From Azolla caroliniana (Eukaryota; Plantae; Polypodiophyta): DNA of 64,000 nt. The notes under the pieces were generated by a model. The model saw only the letters and a program-made list of their open reading frames with translations, was not told where the DNA came from and did not search any database. This document shows, piece by piece, positions 12,078 to 24,945 of this stretch. The stretch spans positions 19,158,001 to 19,222,000 of the forward strand of contig JBHGNT010000007.1 of the NCBI GenBank assembly GCA_043228905.1, given 5' to 3'. The stretch's first letter is position 1. Every line of letters starts with the position of its first letter. Both the position numbers and the translations under genes were made by a program.

Positions 12078-12085
12078 CTTAATTA

Positions 12086-12897
12086 TGTCGTGAAGATCCG
12101 TCACTACGCGCGGATCGTGAGGCGGAACCGCCGGGGTTCTGGACCAGAAGGATTTAGAGTCGATACAAGCTTTGAGAATCCTTAAGTATTACATGTGGTG
12201 CATGCTAACCATGTCACTCATTTTAGCTCTCATGTATGAGAATTTACATGTAAAAGTACAATGATAGAAATATAATTTCAACTAAATAGCATGGCTTAAT
12301 GGTAAGCCAATTGACTCCTAACTTGGAGGTGCAAGGTTTGAATCCATACTTGCCCTCCTTGTATATGTAAATATGTATATATATTTATATATTTATTTTA
12401 TCTAGTCGCCGGACGCCGGTTCGCCGGATACCGGTGCCTCGCCGGATACCGGTGCCGACGCCGGATGCCGACACCGGATTGCGGTCGGATGCCATCGGAT
12501 CACCGGCTCCATCGCCGGTCCGGTTTTGGTTGGCCAAAACCCTTTTCGAGTAGCTAGCCACCTCCACTCTTAGTTCAAGTTACCTTGAACTCTCTATGCT
12601 CCACACATAGACACAAAGATAATATCTTTTGCTCCACCTTATATATGATGAGAGCCGTATTTGTCGTGCCTATGTGGGATATCTCACAATTTTCTCTTTT
12701 CTTTTCACAAACTTTATACCCTCATATCTTGACATTTAGTTGTCCATTTCTCGTGTAATAAAGTGCATTCGAAACCTCCATCATTTTGTACTTAGATATT
12801 AAAAATATTATCTTCACAATTATTGTATTACGTGATTCATACTCGATTTCGTACGTTTTATGGGATTTTCACACTATTGCCGAAAATCTTCACGACA
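12086..12897 (-). repeat. 5' LTR of D (812 bp; internal deletion removes TATA)
   Basis: Aligns to 5331-6286 except for a ~190-bp deletion and a longer CCGG array. Confidence 0.95.
12285..12399 (+). promoter_or_regulatory. Second copy of the tRNA-like Pol III cassette (D 5' LTR)
   Basis: A-box 12292-12302 identical; B-box GGTTTGAATCC (12335-12345) has a CpG C>T change. Confidence 0.7.
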
Positions 12898-13527
12898 CCG
12901 TGCGCTCACCGTCCCGTATTCGGGGACCGTTCCGGCTTGGACACGTGTCCAGGGACTGCTTCGGCAAAGTTATCCGGAAACCGATATGGACAACCCTTCT
13001 TCCCTCACTGGCTCCTTGGTCCCGCCTAGTTTCTACACTTACCCGCAAATTTTCGCGACAACGTATGCATATGAGGTCAATACCTCAATTGTTATATTTT
13101 GGATATGTGATTTGTGTCCTATGCGTAAGAGGTCAATACCTTGTTGCATATTACGTTCACTCTTGTCTTTTTGGATGTCGCGCTGCATAGAGGCTATATG
13201 CCTCAATAACGTATCTCGTTTACATCATTGATTGGGTTATGTTTGGTTAATGATTCTTTTATATATACATATGTGATTACACGTATACGTATTTAATCGT
13301 ATACATGTCATCAACATATATGTGTGTATATTAGAAATTTGTTACGTTATGTTAATTGATCGATGGTTGTCTTTCGGGGTAAGGATCTTGGTGGTTGTCC
13401 TCACATTTTTGTGAGAATAGCGTAGTCACCATCCTTTTACAACAACAAAAATTTTATCCTTGGCGGTCACCTCGATTTCGTGTTGTATTACGTGAGATCG
13501 TGATATCAATTAATATTTGCCCATGAT

Positions 13528-16500
13528 ATGTTTACATCACAACATGATGTTATGACTATTTGTCTGACCTTATCCTATTTCTTTACTAGAAATTATCATT
13601 CAATGGCTCATAATAACAATCTGATGGCATTCGCCCAAGCAGAAGGAATTCAAGGAAATCATCTTAGGCCAATCCCCATTGAGTCGTATTTTTTACAAAT
13701 ACAAAATTCCCTTAATTCTACCTTGCATGAGATTTCCGAACTTCGACAATCTCATAGTGCTCTTGAGGCATGTGTCATTAGTATACAATGTGATACTAAT
13801 AGACCCGATGAGAGTCAAGGTGAACCATCATTTGTCATAAAGCCATTTACGGGAGAAAAAAAGGAAAGAACCGAAGAAGCAATATGCACGTGGTTGGGCC
13901 AATGGGAGTCTCATTTTGAGCTCTATCCCAAGCCAGGTAGTACGAAGATTGCATATGTCGGTCAAGAACTAAGGGGTAAGGCCGCCGCTTGGTGGCGTGG
14001 GCTCCGCACTACGGGGAAATTGCCCGATACCTGGACAAACTTTGTCACAGTTTTTAAGGGTCAATATCTGCAACCTCCACCTCGTACCGAGGCAGCACAA
14101 GCATTAATGAACCTCTCTAGCCGAAAGTTTTCCTCGCTAGAAGATTATGTTCACCATGTTAGAACCCAAATTCAAAACTCAAGTCTACAAAGGGGCAATT
14201 AGTTAATCATCCCCAATTCGAACTATCATTGGATGTGCACGATAAGGATCCAAAATCCTTCGAAAAAAGGCCATTGAAATAGTTCTTCATTATCAACACC
14301 CTTCGAAGAAGGACCATAACAAACCCGAAGTGCCCAAGACTAAGCAAGCGTTATTTGTTGGGAAACGCAAGACACCCAACGAATTCATGGATTGCGATCG
14401 TAAGCGACAAAATCCTTTTTGCGTGTTTTACAAAAAGAAGGGTGATACGAAAGAGCAATATCGGAAGCTCCAACGGAAAGAGCACGACAACAAAACCAAA
14501 GTTGCAAACCATAAAGATCAGATTCTTGATGTCCTTGAGGTCTATACACATCATTTAAGTAGTTGTAAATGTTCTTTCCTTCACTATGTATTGGGACCCA
14601 ATGATTTACTACGTGCAAACGGGTATATTAATAGATCTCCAATACAATTCTTATTTGATTCGGGAAGCTCACATAACATTTTGAATGATCATTTGGTTCA
14701 AATATGGGGAATCCAACCCACCGTAAGTGATCACACCTATAAGGTGCACTTGGCTGATGGAAGAGTACAATACATAAATGGGGCGATTCATTCATTGGGA
14801 ATTTATATTGATACTTATGTAGAAGAAATAGATTTCCATGTAATGAATCTTTGTACCATTGATGTAATACTGGGTTATCCCTGGCTTTTTAATCATTTGT
14901 GAAAGCATGTGAATGGAAACACTATTACAGGTAACATGTAGCTAAAATGGCCACAACTAAGTAGTTTTTTTATAGCTAATTTTTAGTAGGACAATCTTAC
15001 ATATACATATCATTTATTATGGGGATGAAAGTATTACCATTTATGGTCCATATTTTAGCTGGCCTTTATTTGAGATCACATTCTAATAATCCCTAAAACT
15101 GCCAAAATATGCAAATTACATGTAGCTTTTTGCATAGCTAAATAGTTATGTCAAGGACACAGCTAATTGTTCTGATTCCCATGGTTTCACTTTAAACTCT
15201 TCTTTATCTATTGATTAGGTTCACCATTCAATTACTTTTGTACTGAACGATTGTACTCATTTATTCAATGTGTAAAAACACAATCTCTTTCGATTGTTTC
15301 CTCTCCATCAATATCTGAGTTGTCTTGTTCTTCTTTATTTTATTGTGTATTTGATCTGAACATTCACGTTTATAATATCGATAGTGTCTCGAGTCATTTA
15401 TCATATTATGAACAACAACAACTCGATAATATCTTAAATGATTTTCATGATGTTTTTCCGAGTGAACTACCACATGGGTTACCTCCTAAACGTAATATAG
15501 ACCATCGTATAGATCTTGTACCTAGCATTGCGCCAATAAGTATACCTCCATATAGTTAAGTCCATCTGAAGATGATATGGTATCTAAGCAACTCAAGGAC
15601 TATTTACAAATGGGTTATATACGTTATAGTAAATCTCCATGGGGTGCACTTGGTGTATTAATTATCAACGCTTGAATAAAGTGACGATCAAGAATTCATA
15701 TCCATTTCCCCGAGCTGAAGATTTGATTGACTGTCTCCAGGGAGCTCGATATTTTACGAAACTTGATCTTCATACGGGCTACCATCAAATTCGTATAAGT
15801 GAGGAAGATGTTCCGAAAACGGCACTTCGTACGTGCTATGGCCATTACGAGTTTTTGGTCATGCCTTTTGGTTTGACCAATGCTCCAACGACATTTCAAC
15901 AAGGAACGAATGAGATTTTCCGAGAACAACTTGGAAATTTTGTCGGTATTTTCTTGGATGATATTCTAGTTTATAGCCGTACATTAGAAGAACATGTTAA
16001 ACATGTACGCTTTGTTTTAGAAACATTGCACGACAAGCAATCCTACGCGAAGATCTCAAAATGTGAGTTTTTCAAGAAATCAATTACTTATCTTGGACAT
16101 CTCATAACCAAACGAGGAGTTGAAATTGATCCTTCTCTAATCGAGAAAGTCAAACTTTGGCCCACTCTTCAGAATATTCAAGGAGTTCGATCATTCCTTT
16201 GTTTTGTCGCGTTTTTGCGAAAATCTCTTCACAGTTACTCTCAATTAACGATGTTGTTTACTGATCTTCTAAAAGTTCAAACGCGTAAGTCTACAAAACC
16301 TATTATATGGGATGCTACACTAGACCTCACCTTTAAGGAACTCAAGGACCATGTGTGCAAGGCTCCTTCGCATCTTTTACCAAATCCTTCAAAACCTTTT
16401 CAGGTTGAAACCGACGCAAGTGATTATGCTATAAGTGATGTCCTATATCAAGATGGTAACCCAATAGCATTTGAGAGTAAGAAACTTGATTTTACTCAAT

Positions 16501-18337
16501 GTCGGTATACCGTTCAAGAAAAAGAATTCTTCTGCAATTATCCATGCGCTAAAGTCATGGCGCCATTATCTTTATGGAAATTGTTTTGTGGTAACTACGG
16601 ATCACGAATCCTTGAAATATTTTTGTGACCAACAAGACCTCAAGGATCGTAAGGCACGATGGGCAGATCTCATCTAGGACTTTGATTTTTCCACACGATA
16701 TTGTAAAGGTTCCATGAACACTGTCATTGATGCACTGAGTTGCATCTGTGAAGTTAACATGCTTAGCTTCACTAAAATAACATCAGATCTTTATGATCAC
16801 CTTCAAGGAAAGCATCTTGATGACAATTATTTTGGAAAATATTGGGCAAGAGTTGAGTATGGAACAGACATCACCACAACCTCAAAGGAATCTGTCCACA
16901 TTGTTAATGGTCTACTCTACCGTAATGGGAAGGTTTGTGTTCCAAATTTAGTTGAGTTCAAAAAAAGAGAATTCTGTTTTAGTGCCATGATGCACCCTCA
17001 GTAGGGCACCCTGGAATACATCGCACGCTCATTCTCATCTCCACTCAATTCTACTGGCCTAAGATGCGTCCTGACATACATAACTATGTGACTAAATGTC
17101 ACCAATGTCAAGTTAACAAAGTCGAGCGACTTCAAGCCGTTGGACTTTTACATCCCTTAAAAATTCCCAACAATAAGTGGGAAAGTATATCCATGGATTT
17201 TATTGTTAGGCTTCCTCACACCCAAAAAGGCCATGATGTTATCTAGGTTGCGGTTGATTGACTAACTAAAATGGCTAGATTTATTACTACTAAAACCACG
17301 GTAACAGCTCCTAAATTGGCTTACCAATTTGTTGATGAGTTATTTCATTTTTATGGGTTACCGATGGATATCTGGGTGATCGAAATCCATAGTTTACTAG
17401 CAACTTTTGGACACAAGTCTTTAAGAAGTTAGAAACTATATTGAGCATGAGCTCCACGAATCATCCTCAATCCGATGGGCAGACAGAACGAGTAAATCAA
17501 ATTATTGAGGACATGCTTCGAGCATACATTGATGCAAAGCCAACAAAATGGGAACGTTATCTCCCAATTTTGGAGTTTTCTTATAACAGCTCCAAACATA
17601 CATCAACGGGATATAGTCCTTTTATGTTGATGTATGGTTTTCAGACATGAGCCTTGATTGATGTTAATATACATCATGATGAGTTTTGAAGTACGCAAAA
17701 CTTTCTTTGGGATATGCAAGATATGTTGCATATTGCACGAGATAATATAAAAACAACTCAAGATAGAGCACGTTTTTATTCCGATCATAATAGGCAACCT
17801 CGTGTATTCAACCCTAGACATAAGGTATTTTTACGTGTACCTCACAATTCTAAGACATTGTCTACAGGTAAGAGCGCTAAGTTAGCCCCACAGTTTTGTG
17901 GACCTTTTATAGTCCTCAAACGCATTGGTTCGTCAACCTATCGTCTCTCTCTTCCTGATGATGTTGAAATCCATTTAATTTTCCATGTAAGTCGTCTAAA
18001 GGAACTTCTTGGTTTTGGCGACAATACAGTCACAACTGAAACTCTAGTTACTTCTGAAGAATTACCTTCTAAACTACATGTACCAAAGGGAATTCTCGAT
18101 GTTAAAACGAAAAATTTGCATTCTAAAATAATCCTAGAATTTAAAATTAAATGGATGGATAAATCTATAAGAGATGTCACATGGGAACGAGAAAATACTC
18201 TTAGAACTAACTTCCCTAACTTTTCATTGCAAGAGTGTAATGTTTTAAAGAGGGGGGGAGTGTGTTATGGGCATGACCATATAATATCTCGTGGTAAGAT
18301 TGTACCATATTATTCTATACATGTGGATAAAGTGTGA
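13528..18337 (+). pseudogene. gag-pol of chromovirus B (many stops and frameshifts)
   Basis: gag LRGKAAAWW; PR LFDSGSSHN; RT TKLDLHTGYHQIRI, VMPFGLTNAP, FLDDILVYS; RH VETDASD; INT WESISMDFI, HPQSDGQTERVN, GPF; chromodomain-like ILDVK...FKIKW...VTWE. Confidence 0.94.
14899..15190. mobile_element. ~290-bp MITE-like insertion in B protease region
   Basis: Imperfect TIR GTGAAAGCATGTGAAT / ATTCCCATGGTTTCAC; repeated TAGCTA inside; B coding sequence stops and resumes on either side. Confidence 0.65.
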
Positions 18338-18718
18338 GAGTTAAATGAGAGTGTCAAGAAGGGAAGGATCACTTTTAATCCTTGGGATTGGGATGACCCA
18401 TTCAGGTCAAGTGTGAACTTGCCTGGGGGCCTTAGGTCTAGCTATAGATATGAGGCCTAACAACCCTCATTTGACACATTATCAACTACGTCGAGACTCT
18501 GTCCTCATGGTGATCAACTCTTGAAGTGAGCGCACCAATACCAGGTACGACTCGATGCCACCGTGGTAGTAGGGGACGTCGATCAAGGCTCGAGTCCATC
18601 TCCATCCCTTCGCTTGGGGGTGGTCGGGTGGATCAGCACCCTTTTTCTCTCTCTCCTCTCTTTCCTATCTATCTATTATATCATTATCATATGCTTACAT
18701 TAGGATCTAGCTCTAACA
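18263..18718 (+). repeat. 3' LTR of chromovirus B
   Basis: Follows the PPT; visibly more diverged from its partner than the D or Copia LTR pairs. Confidence 0.95.
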
Positions 18719-18759
18719 ACATAGGTACCTACATGACAATCAAGCAGCATTTGGCTTCA

Positions 18760-19400
18760 TATATAAATATGGAACTAACTACTCCATTTTATCATATCCT
18801 TAGTGAGACTCTTAGCCTTTCAAGGTGGTTTGCCGAAGTTCTTGTGTGAAGACGCCTATTGTGGTGCCTTAGTAAGTTCCGGACAACTGACGGTCCCAAA
18901 CATGATTGGAACTTACAAAACATCCCAATCCTCAATGAAGTTCAATGTCAAGCATGGATGGATATAGCAAATCGATTCCTCAGTGAAGACACCTATAATT
19001 GGTACTTGTTGGCGGAGGAAAAGAGTTCTGTCAAGGATTCAAGGGAGTTAATTAGAGGATGTTAAACTACATCATCCCACCAAATGAGTTGTGTAAATTA
19101 TGGCGTGAATGGAGATAATTGAAATAAGAATTCTAGAAACTCAAAGAGTAGATTATTAAATATCGAAAACTAATGTTACGAATTACTAACATGCACAATT
19201 TTGACTAGTTGCAATGGTTTCTTTATGGTTTATGACCTTTAATATGGAGGGAAGTGGTGAACCTAGAATCAGTGGACCTGGAGCAAGTTATATCATGGAG
19301 TACATAGGCGATTGGGAAAGCTCTCAACTAAAGTAGTATTTCTTTGAAAAAGTGAACCTAATGAATCTATTCATATCACGAATTGCATAAGCAATTGGAA
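18760..19400 (+). pseudogene. Highly decayed Gypsy gag-like remnant, probable host of A and B
   Basis: WMDIANRFLSEDTYNWY resembles retrotransposon gag A..L...A..W; many stops. Confidence 0.4.
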
Positions 19401-19768
19401 AAGCTCCCCGCCAAAGCATGATTCCTTGGAAAAAGCAAACCTAACAACTCCACTTATGGAGACTCAAGCTCTAGAAGACCTAGGTGAATGTGGTGCACTC
19501 ATTCAACTCCAAACAAGAGGCAATCCCAAACATGGTTTGGACTTACCAAACAACCCAATCCTAGTCCCAACCGTTATGTCAAACCCTTTGTTAGAATCTA
19601 ACTAATTAAGTACGAAAAACATAAAGAATTATGGACCAAAGAAAGGAAAGAGGGGTACTAAACCACCTACCCACCCCCTAGAAATGACATGAGATAGACC
19701 CAAACCTCCTGAATGTCTCATACCATCGAGGGTTGATGCGAGTAGTTACCTTGGGTTCTACAAAGATC

Positions 19769-20426
19769 TGTTGGGAGACAAGTCCCTCTGGATGGTGAAG
19801 ACCCGGTGAGAACCGGATGTGGAGTACCCGGCAACGGAAGACCCGGTGAGAACCGGATGAGGAGTACCCGGAAACGGAAGACCCGGTGAGAACCCGATGA
19901 CGAGTGCCCGGCAAGCGCCGGATGATGCAGGCCCGGTGAGGAGTGCTCACCGGATGAAGGGACATATTCCTAAATATGTTTTTGAGAGTCCATCGGGGCT
20001 ATATTTGTAAATAGCCGAAAAGTCATTTTAGTATAAATATGACTTAGGGCAAACTTAGTGCAGAGTTTGCCATTGTCGTTGTCGCGATTGTGAGAGAGCA
20101 ACTGTGTACAGAGAGAGAGAGAGAGAAAGAGACGAAGAGTTCGTATCTCTGTTGTAACCGCCGCCTATGGCGAAGACAGTGAACAAGAGGTCGTTGCCTC
20201 TGCGTTCATCTATTGTATATTGTTACATAGTGATAATTAGCAATCAGTGGACTGTCGTGGTTTTTTCCCTAGTTTGGGTTTTTCCACGTAAACATCCTGT
20301 GTACTCTTCTCTCCATTGTGTCGTGCATTCATTCCCGTTTTTTCTATGTTTGATTCTAAGCTTGGTTGTGGCCAAGTGTTGTACTCTTCGGTTGTAACCG
20401 GAGACTATTCCGCGTATTTTCTTACA
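19769..20426 (+). repeat. Copia 5' LTR (3 copies of a 40-bp repeat, short GA tract)
   Basis: TGTTGG...CTTACA; TATAAAT near 20032. Confidence 0.95.
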
Positions 20427-20457
20427 AAGTGTTATCAGAGCGAACCGACATAGAACA

Positions 20458-23400
20458 ATGGACGATTCTTTGGGCGGCATGTTCAAGCTCACCGGCTCCA
20501 ATTATTCAGTGTGGAAGTCGAAGATGAGGGACATGCTCGTGGTCAAAGATCTTTGGTTGCCGGTTCAGTTTGGGGACAAGAGACCGGACAAAATCGATGC
20601 CACGATATGGGAGGTCATGCAGATGAAGACAACGGCGTACATACGGTGCTTCATCGACATGAGTCTATACAACAACTTCAATGAAGTGAGCAAGGCTCAT
20701 GAGCTCTAGGAGAAGATCGGCATTATGTTTCAGAACAAAAATGTTGTTAACCAGGTTTCGATATTCCGGAAGCTAGTAAGACTTTGGTACCAAGATGGCT
20801 CCAACATGGCGGAGCACATGAATGCCTTCCAGGGGCTGATACACCAGGCAACATCATTGGAAGTACCTCTCGCCGATGAGGTACTAGCGCTACTCCTGCT
20901 CAGTTCCCTCCCGGATAGCTGGGAGACATTGGTTGTCACTTTGGGCAACGCCGGGCCGGAAGGGAAACGGTTATCCCTAGCAAGAGTGAAGTCGATCTTG
21001 CTAGATGAGGAGGCGCGTCGGAAAGATAAGGACACGAGCTCCGACTCCAAAGCGCTCCTTACCGAATCGGAACGCGGAAGACAAAGGAACCGTAGTCCCC
21101 AGAACCGGGAGAAGTCAGGGATACGGTCCAAGTCAAGGGGGAGGCCTACCTGCTTCTATTGCGGCAAGCCAGGACACTTCCAGAAGAACTGTCGGCACTT
21201 CCGAAAAGACAAGGAAACCGACGATACCGATTCGAAGCGGACACCGGACTGGAACGGTAAAGACCGGAGGGGGCCGGAGGGGGCCGGACCAGAAGGGAAC
21301 GACGGCAATCGCGGCAAGTGAAGAAGACTTTATGCTCATCACCGAGGAGAGTGAGCTAAACCTTGTCGGCAACGAGATGACCTGGGTGGTCAATTTCGGA
21401 GCGTCATTCCACCTTACCCCGGACCGGAAATGCTTCTCATCCTACTCAGCAAGTGATCACGGCTGTGTCCGGATGGGGAATGAAGGTACATGCCGAATTG
21501 TCAGCACAGGAGACGTGTGGTTGACAACACCAACCGGATGCAAGATGTTGTTGAAGGATGTCTGACACGTTCCGGAGGTTCGTCCGAACCTAATATCAGC
21601 CGGTCGGCTAGATGATGAAGGCTACATGTGTAGCATCTGGAACGGTGTTATGAAGTTCAGCAAAGGGAGCTTGATTGTGGCTCGGGCCCGGAAGGTCAAC
21701 ACGTTGTACCTGATGAATGCTCGGTTATGCCCGGAGGAAGTGAACGTAGCATCTGACACTGCTGGTGAGTTGTGGCACAAACATGAGCGAGAAGGGGATG
21801 AAGAGGCTTGCAGACAACAACCTCATTCCAGTAAAGAACGTGCACTTGGAGAAGTGCACTGATTGTCTGGCCGGTAAACAAAACCGGACCTCCTTCCGAT
21901 CGAGGCCACCGATGAGACGTAATGCACCACTGGAGTTGGTGCATACTGATGTACTTCGTGACGTTCACATGCCGGATCGCAGTACTTCGTGACGTTCATA
22001 GATGACCACAGCCGGAAGCTGTGGGCCTCACCGTTGAAGACGAAGGATTAGGTGCTATCCGTCTTCAAAGAGCTCCACGCGAGAGTGGAAAGAGAAACCG
22101 GCCGGAAGCTGAAGGTGGTTCGAGCATATAACTGAGGAGAATACCGAGGGCAGTTCGAGAAGTATTGCCGCTCGAAGGGAATCTGGCTCGAATTTACCGT
22201 GCCAAAGACGCCGGAACTAAACGGGCTGGCCGAGAGGATGAACCAGACCATAATGGAGAGGGTCCGGAGTATGCTGGCTCATGCAAAATTACCCAAGACG
22301 TTTTGGGTTGAGGCGCTGTCGACAGCGACGTATGTGATAAACAGATCACCCTAAGTACCCTTGGACGGAGACACGCCGCAGAAGGTGTGGACCGGTAAGG
22401 AAGTGTCCTACCGGCATCTGAAGGTGTTCAGGTGTCTCGTGTACGTGCATGTTGCTAAGGACCGGAGAGGAAAGTTAGATCCAAAGACCCGGCCATGCAT
22501 ATTCCTCGGTTACGGTGACGATGAGTTCGGCTACCGAGTGTGGGACCCAGTCAACAAGAAGGTATTCCGGAGTCGAGATATTATCTTCATGGAGGACAAG
22601 ACGCTCGCCGACTGGGAGTCGGAGAAGAAGGTAATGAACTCTGAGTCGACCGGTAAGGATTGATTCTACGATGAGCAGCCCCAACCGGCAAGAGACCGGT
22701 TAGCACTCGATGAACCCGCCGGTTACAGTGAGGATACCAAACCGGCAGAAGAAGAAGTAGAGGAAGCTGGAACCGGAACCGGCCAAGACCCCGAATCGGA
22801 TTCGGATGAAGATCAAATAGTGGAACCGGTTGCCGAAGGCCAAAGACAGTGATATCCTCTCAGAGAGAGAAGGGCCCCCTGAAGATTTCCGGATGCAGAG
22901 CATGTGCTGCTGACCGATGAGGGAGAGTCGGAAAGCTTCGAAGAAGCGAAGGATGACACCCACAACCGCAAATGGTTAAGTGCCATGCAGGATGAGATGG
23001 ATTCCTTGCATGAGAACCATACGTACGAATTGGTGGAGTTGCTGAAAGGAAAGCGGGCACTCTGAAATAAGTGGGTGTACAAGTTGAAACCGGGAGATGT
23101 CGGCAACCCCCCAAGATACAAAGCCAGGATCATGGTGAAGGGGTTCCAGCAGAAGAAGGGCGTGGACTTCGACGAGATATTTGCCCCGGTAGTGAAGATG
23201 ACCTCCATCCGGACGGTGCTGAGTATAGCGGCAAGCATGGACCTCGAGGTAGAGCAGTTGGACGTGAAGACGGCATTCCTTCACGGTGACCTCAAAGAGG
23301 AGATTTACATGCAGCAACCGGAAGGATTCGTGGGGAAAGGGAAGGAGCACCTAGTTTGCCGGTTGAAGAAGAGCCTATACGGACTGAAGCAAGCTCCCCG

Positions 23401-24496
23401 ACAATGGTACCGGAAGTTCGACTCCTTCATGACCGATCAAGGGTACCACAAGACGCAGGCCGATCACTGTGTGTTTGTGAAGAAGTTCGGACGAGACGAC
23501 TTCCTGATACTCCTTCTATACGTGGATGACATGTTGATCGTCGGACGGGACCAAGCCAAAATACGGATGTTGAAGAAGGCTCTCAATCAAACCTTCGCAA
23601 TGAAAGACTTGGGTCCGGCAAGACAGATGTTGGGGATGCATATCATCCGGAACCGGCCAACGAAGCAGTTGTGGCTATCACAAGAGAAATACGTGACAAA
23701 GGTGCTTCAGCGGTTCAACATGTCAGATGCGAAACCAGTCGGATCGACACTTCCGGCAAACTGCAGGTTATCCGATAAGCAAAGCCCGAAGACGAAAGCA
23801 GAGAAGGCGGATATGATGAAGGTTCCATATGCCTCTGTTGTCAGGAGCTTAATGTACGCAATGGTGTGTACTCAACCGGATATTGGATACGCAGTCGGAG
23901 TGGTGAGCCGGTTCATGAGCAATCCCGGCAAGGAGCACTGGAACGCGGTCAAATGGATACTCCGGTACTTGAAGGGCACTTCAAATATGTGTCTCTGATT
24001 CGGCTCCGGAAAACCTCAACTTGACGGTTTTACCGATTCGGACATGTCGGTTAATGTGGATACCAGCCGGTCTACATCCGGGTATATAATGACATATGCA
24101 AGTGGAGCTGTTTCGTGGCAGTCGAGCCTGCAGAAGACGGTTGCGTTGTCAACCACAGAAGCGGAGTACATGGCGGCTGTGGAAGCTGGCAAGGAAATAC
24201 TATGGATGAAGGACTTCATCGGAGAGCCCGGTATCCGGCAAGATGAATACCGACTCTATTGCGACAGTCAAAGTGCCATCCACCTTGCTAAGAATGCAGC
24301 CTACCATTCCTGGACGAAGCATATCCAGCGTAGGTATCACTGGATCCGGGAAAGAGTAGAAGATCGAGAGTTTGCACTGATGAAGATCCACACGACCGAG
24401 AATGGGTCAGATATGCTGACCAAAGTGTTGATACCTGACAAGTTGGATGCATGTCGAAAGCGGATCGGACTAGTAAGACATCCCATGCCGGAGTGA
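20458..24496 (+). pseudogene. Copia gag-PR-INT-RT-RH polyprotein, disrupted
   Basis: FKLTGSNYSVWK; CFYCGKPGHFQKNC; PR WVVNFGAS (Asp lost); INT VHTD, NGLAERMN; RT LDVKTAFLHG, LYGLKQAPRQW, YVDDML; RH STTEAEY, CDSQSA, SDMLTK. Confidence 0.95.
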
Positions 24497-24506
24497 AGGG
24501 GGAGTT

Positions 24507-24886
24507 TGTTGGGAGACAGGTCCCTCCGGATGGTGAAGACCCGGTGAGAACCGGATGTGGAGTACCCGGCAACGGAAGACCCGGTGAGAACCGGATGAGG
24601 AGTACCCGGAAACGGAAGACTCGGTGAGAACCGGATGAGGAGTACCCGGAAACGGAAGACCCGGTGAGAACCGGATGACGAGTGCCCGGCAAGCACCGGA
24701 TGATGCAGGCCCGGTGAGGAGTGCTCACCGGATGAAGGGACATATTCATAAATATGTTTTTGAGAGTCAATCGGGGCTATATTTGTAAATAGTCCAAAAG
24801 TCATTTTAGTATAAATATGACTTAGGGTAAACTTAGTGCAGAGGTTGCCATTGTCGTTGTCGCGATTGTGAGAGAGCAACCGTGTA

Positions 24887-24945
<59 letters not shown>

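Larger units (their letters stand above)
5331..12897 (-). mobile_element. Young full-length Ty3/Gypsy element D (fungal/Ylt1-like lineage, no chromodomain)
   Basis: Near-identical LTRs with 12-bp terminal inverted repeat TGTCGTGAAGAT; TSD CCGT (5327-5330 / 12898-12901); PBS 12060-12077; PPT 6287-6298; gag-PR then RT-RH-INT. Confidence 0.96.
4607..13060 (+). mobile_element. Solo LTR C (~880 bp; 4607-5330 + 12902-13060), split by element D
   Basis: TGTCG...CGACA termini; CTATAAAAGG near 4875; flanks ACAT/ACGT (4-bp TSD with a CpG transition); interrupts the tandem repeat in B's 5'UTR. Confidence 0.82.
3786..18718 (+). mobile_element. Full-length decayed chromovirus (Ty3/Gypsy) B with nested insertions
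   Basis: Paired LTRs TGTTATGG...CTCTAACA; TSD ACATA (3781-3785 / 18719-18723); Met PBS; PPT AAAGAGGGGGGGAG before 18263; gag-PR-RT-RH-INT-chromodomain. Confidence 0.96.

Noticed and set aside
5331-12897. Fungal contaminant contig
   Set aside because: Clean TSD inside plant TEs, PBS matching plant tRNA-Trp, and a related solo LTR between host genes
19796-19920. CRISPR-like array (also 48470-49105 and 61780-61950)
   Set aside because: Head-to-tail repeats without unique spacers, no cas genes, eukaryotic context
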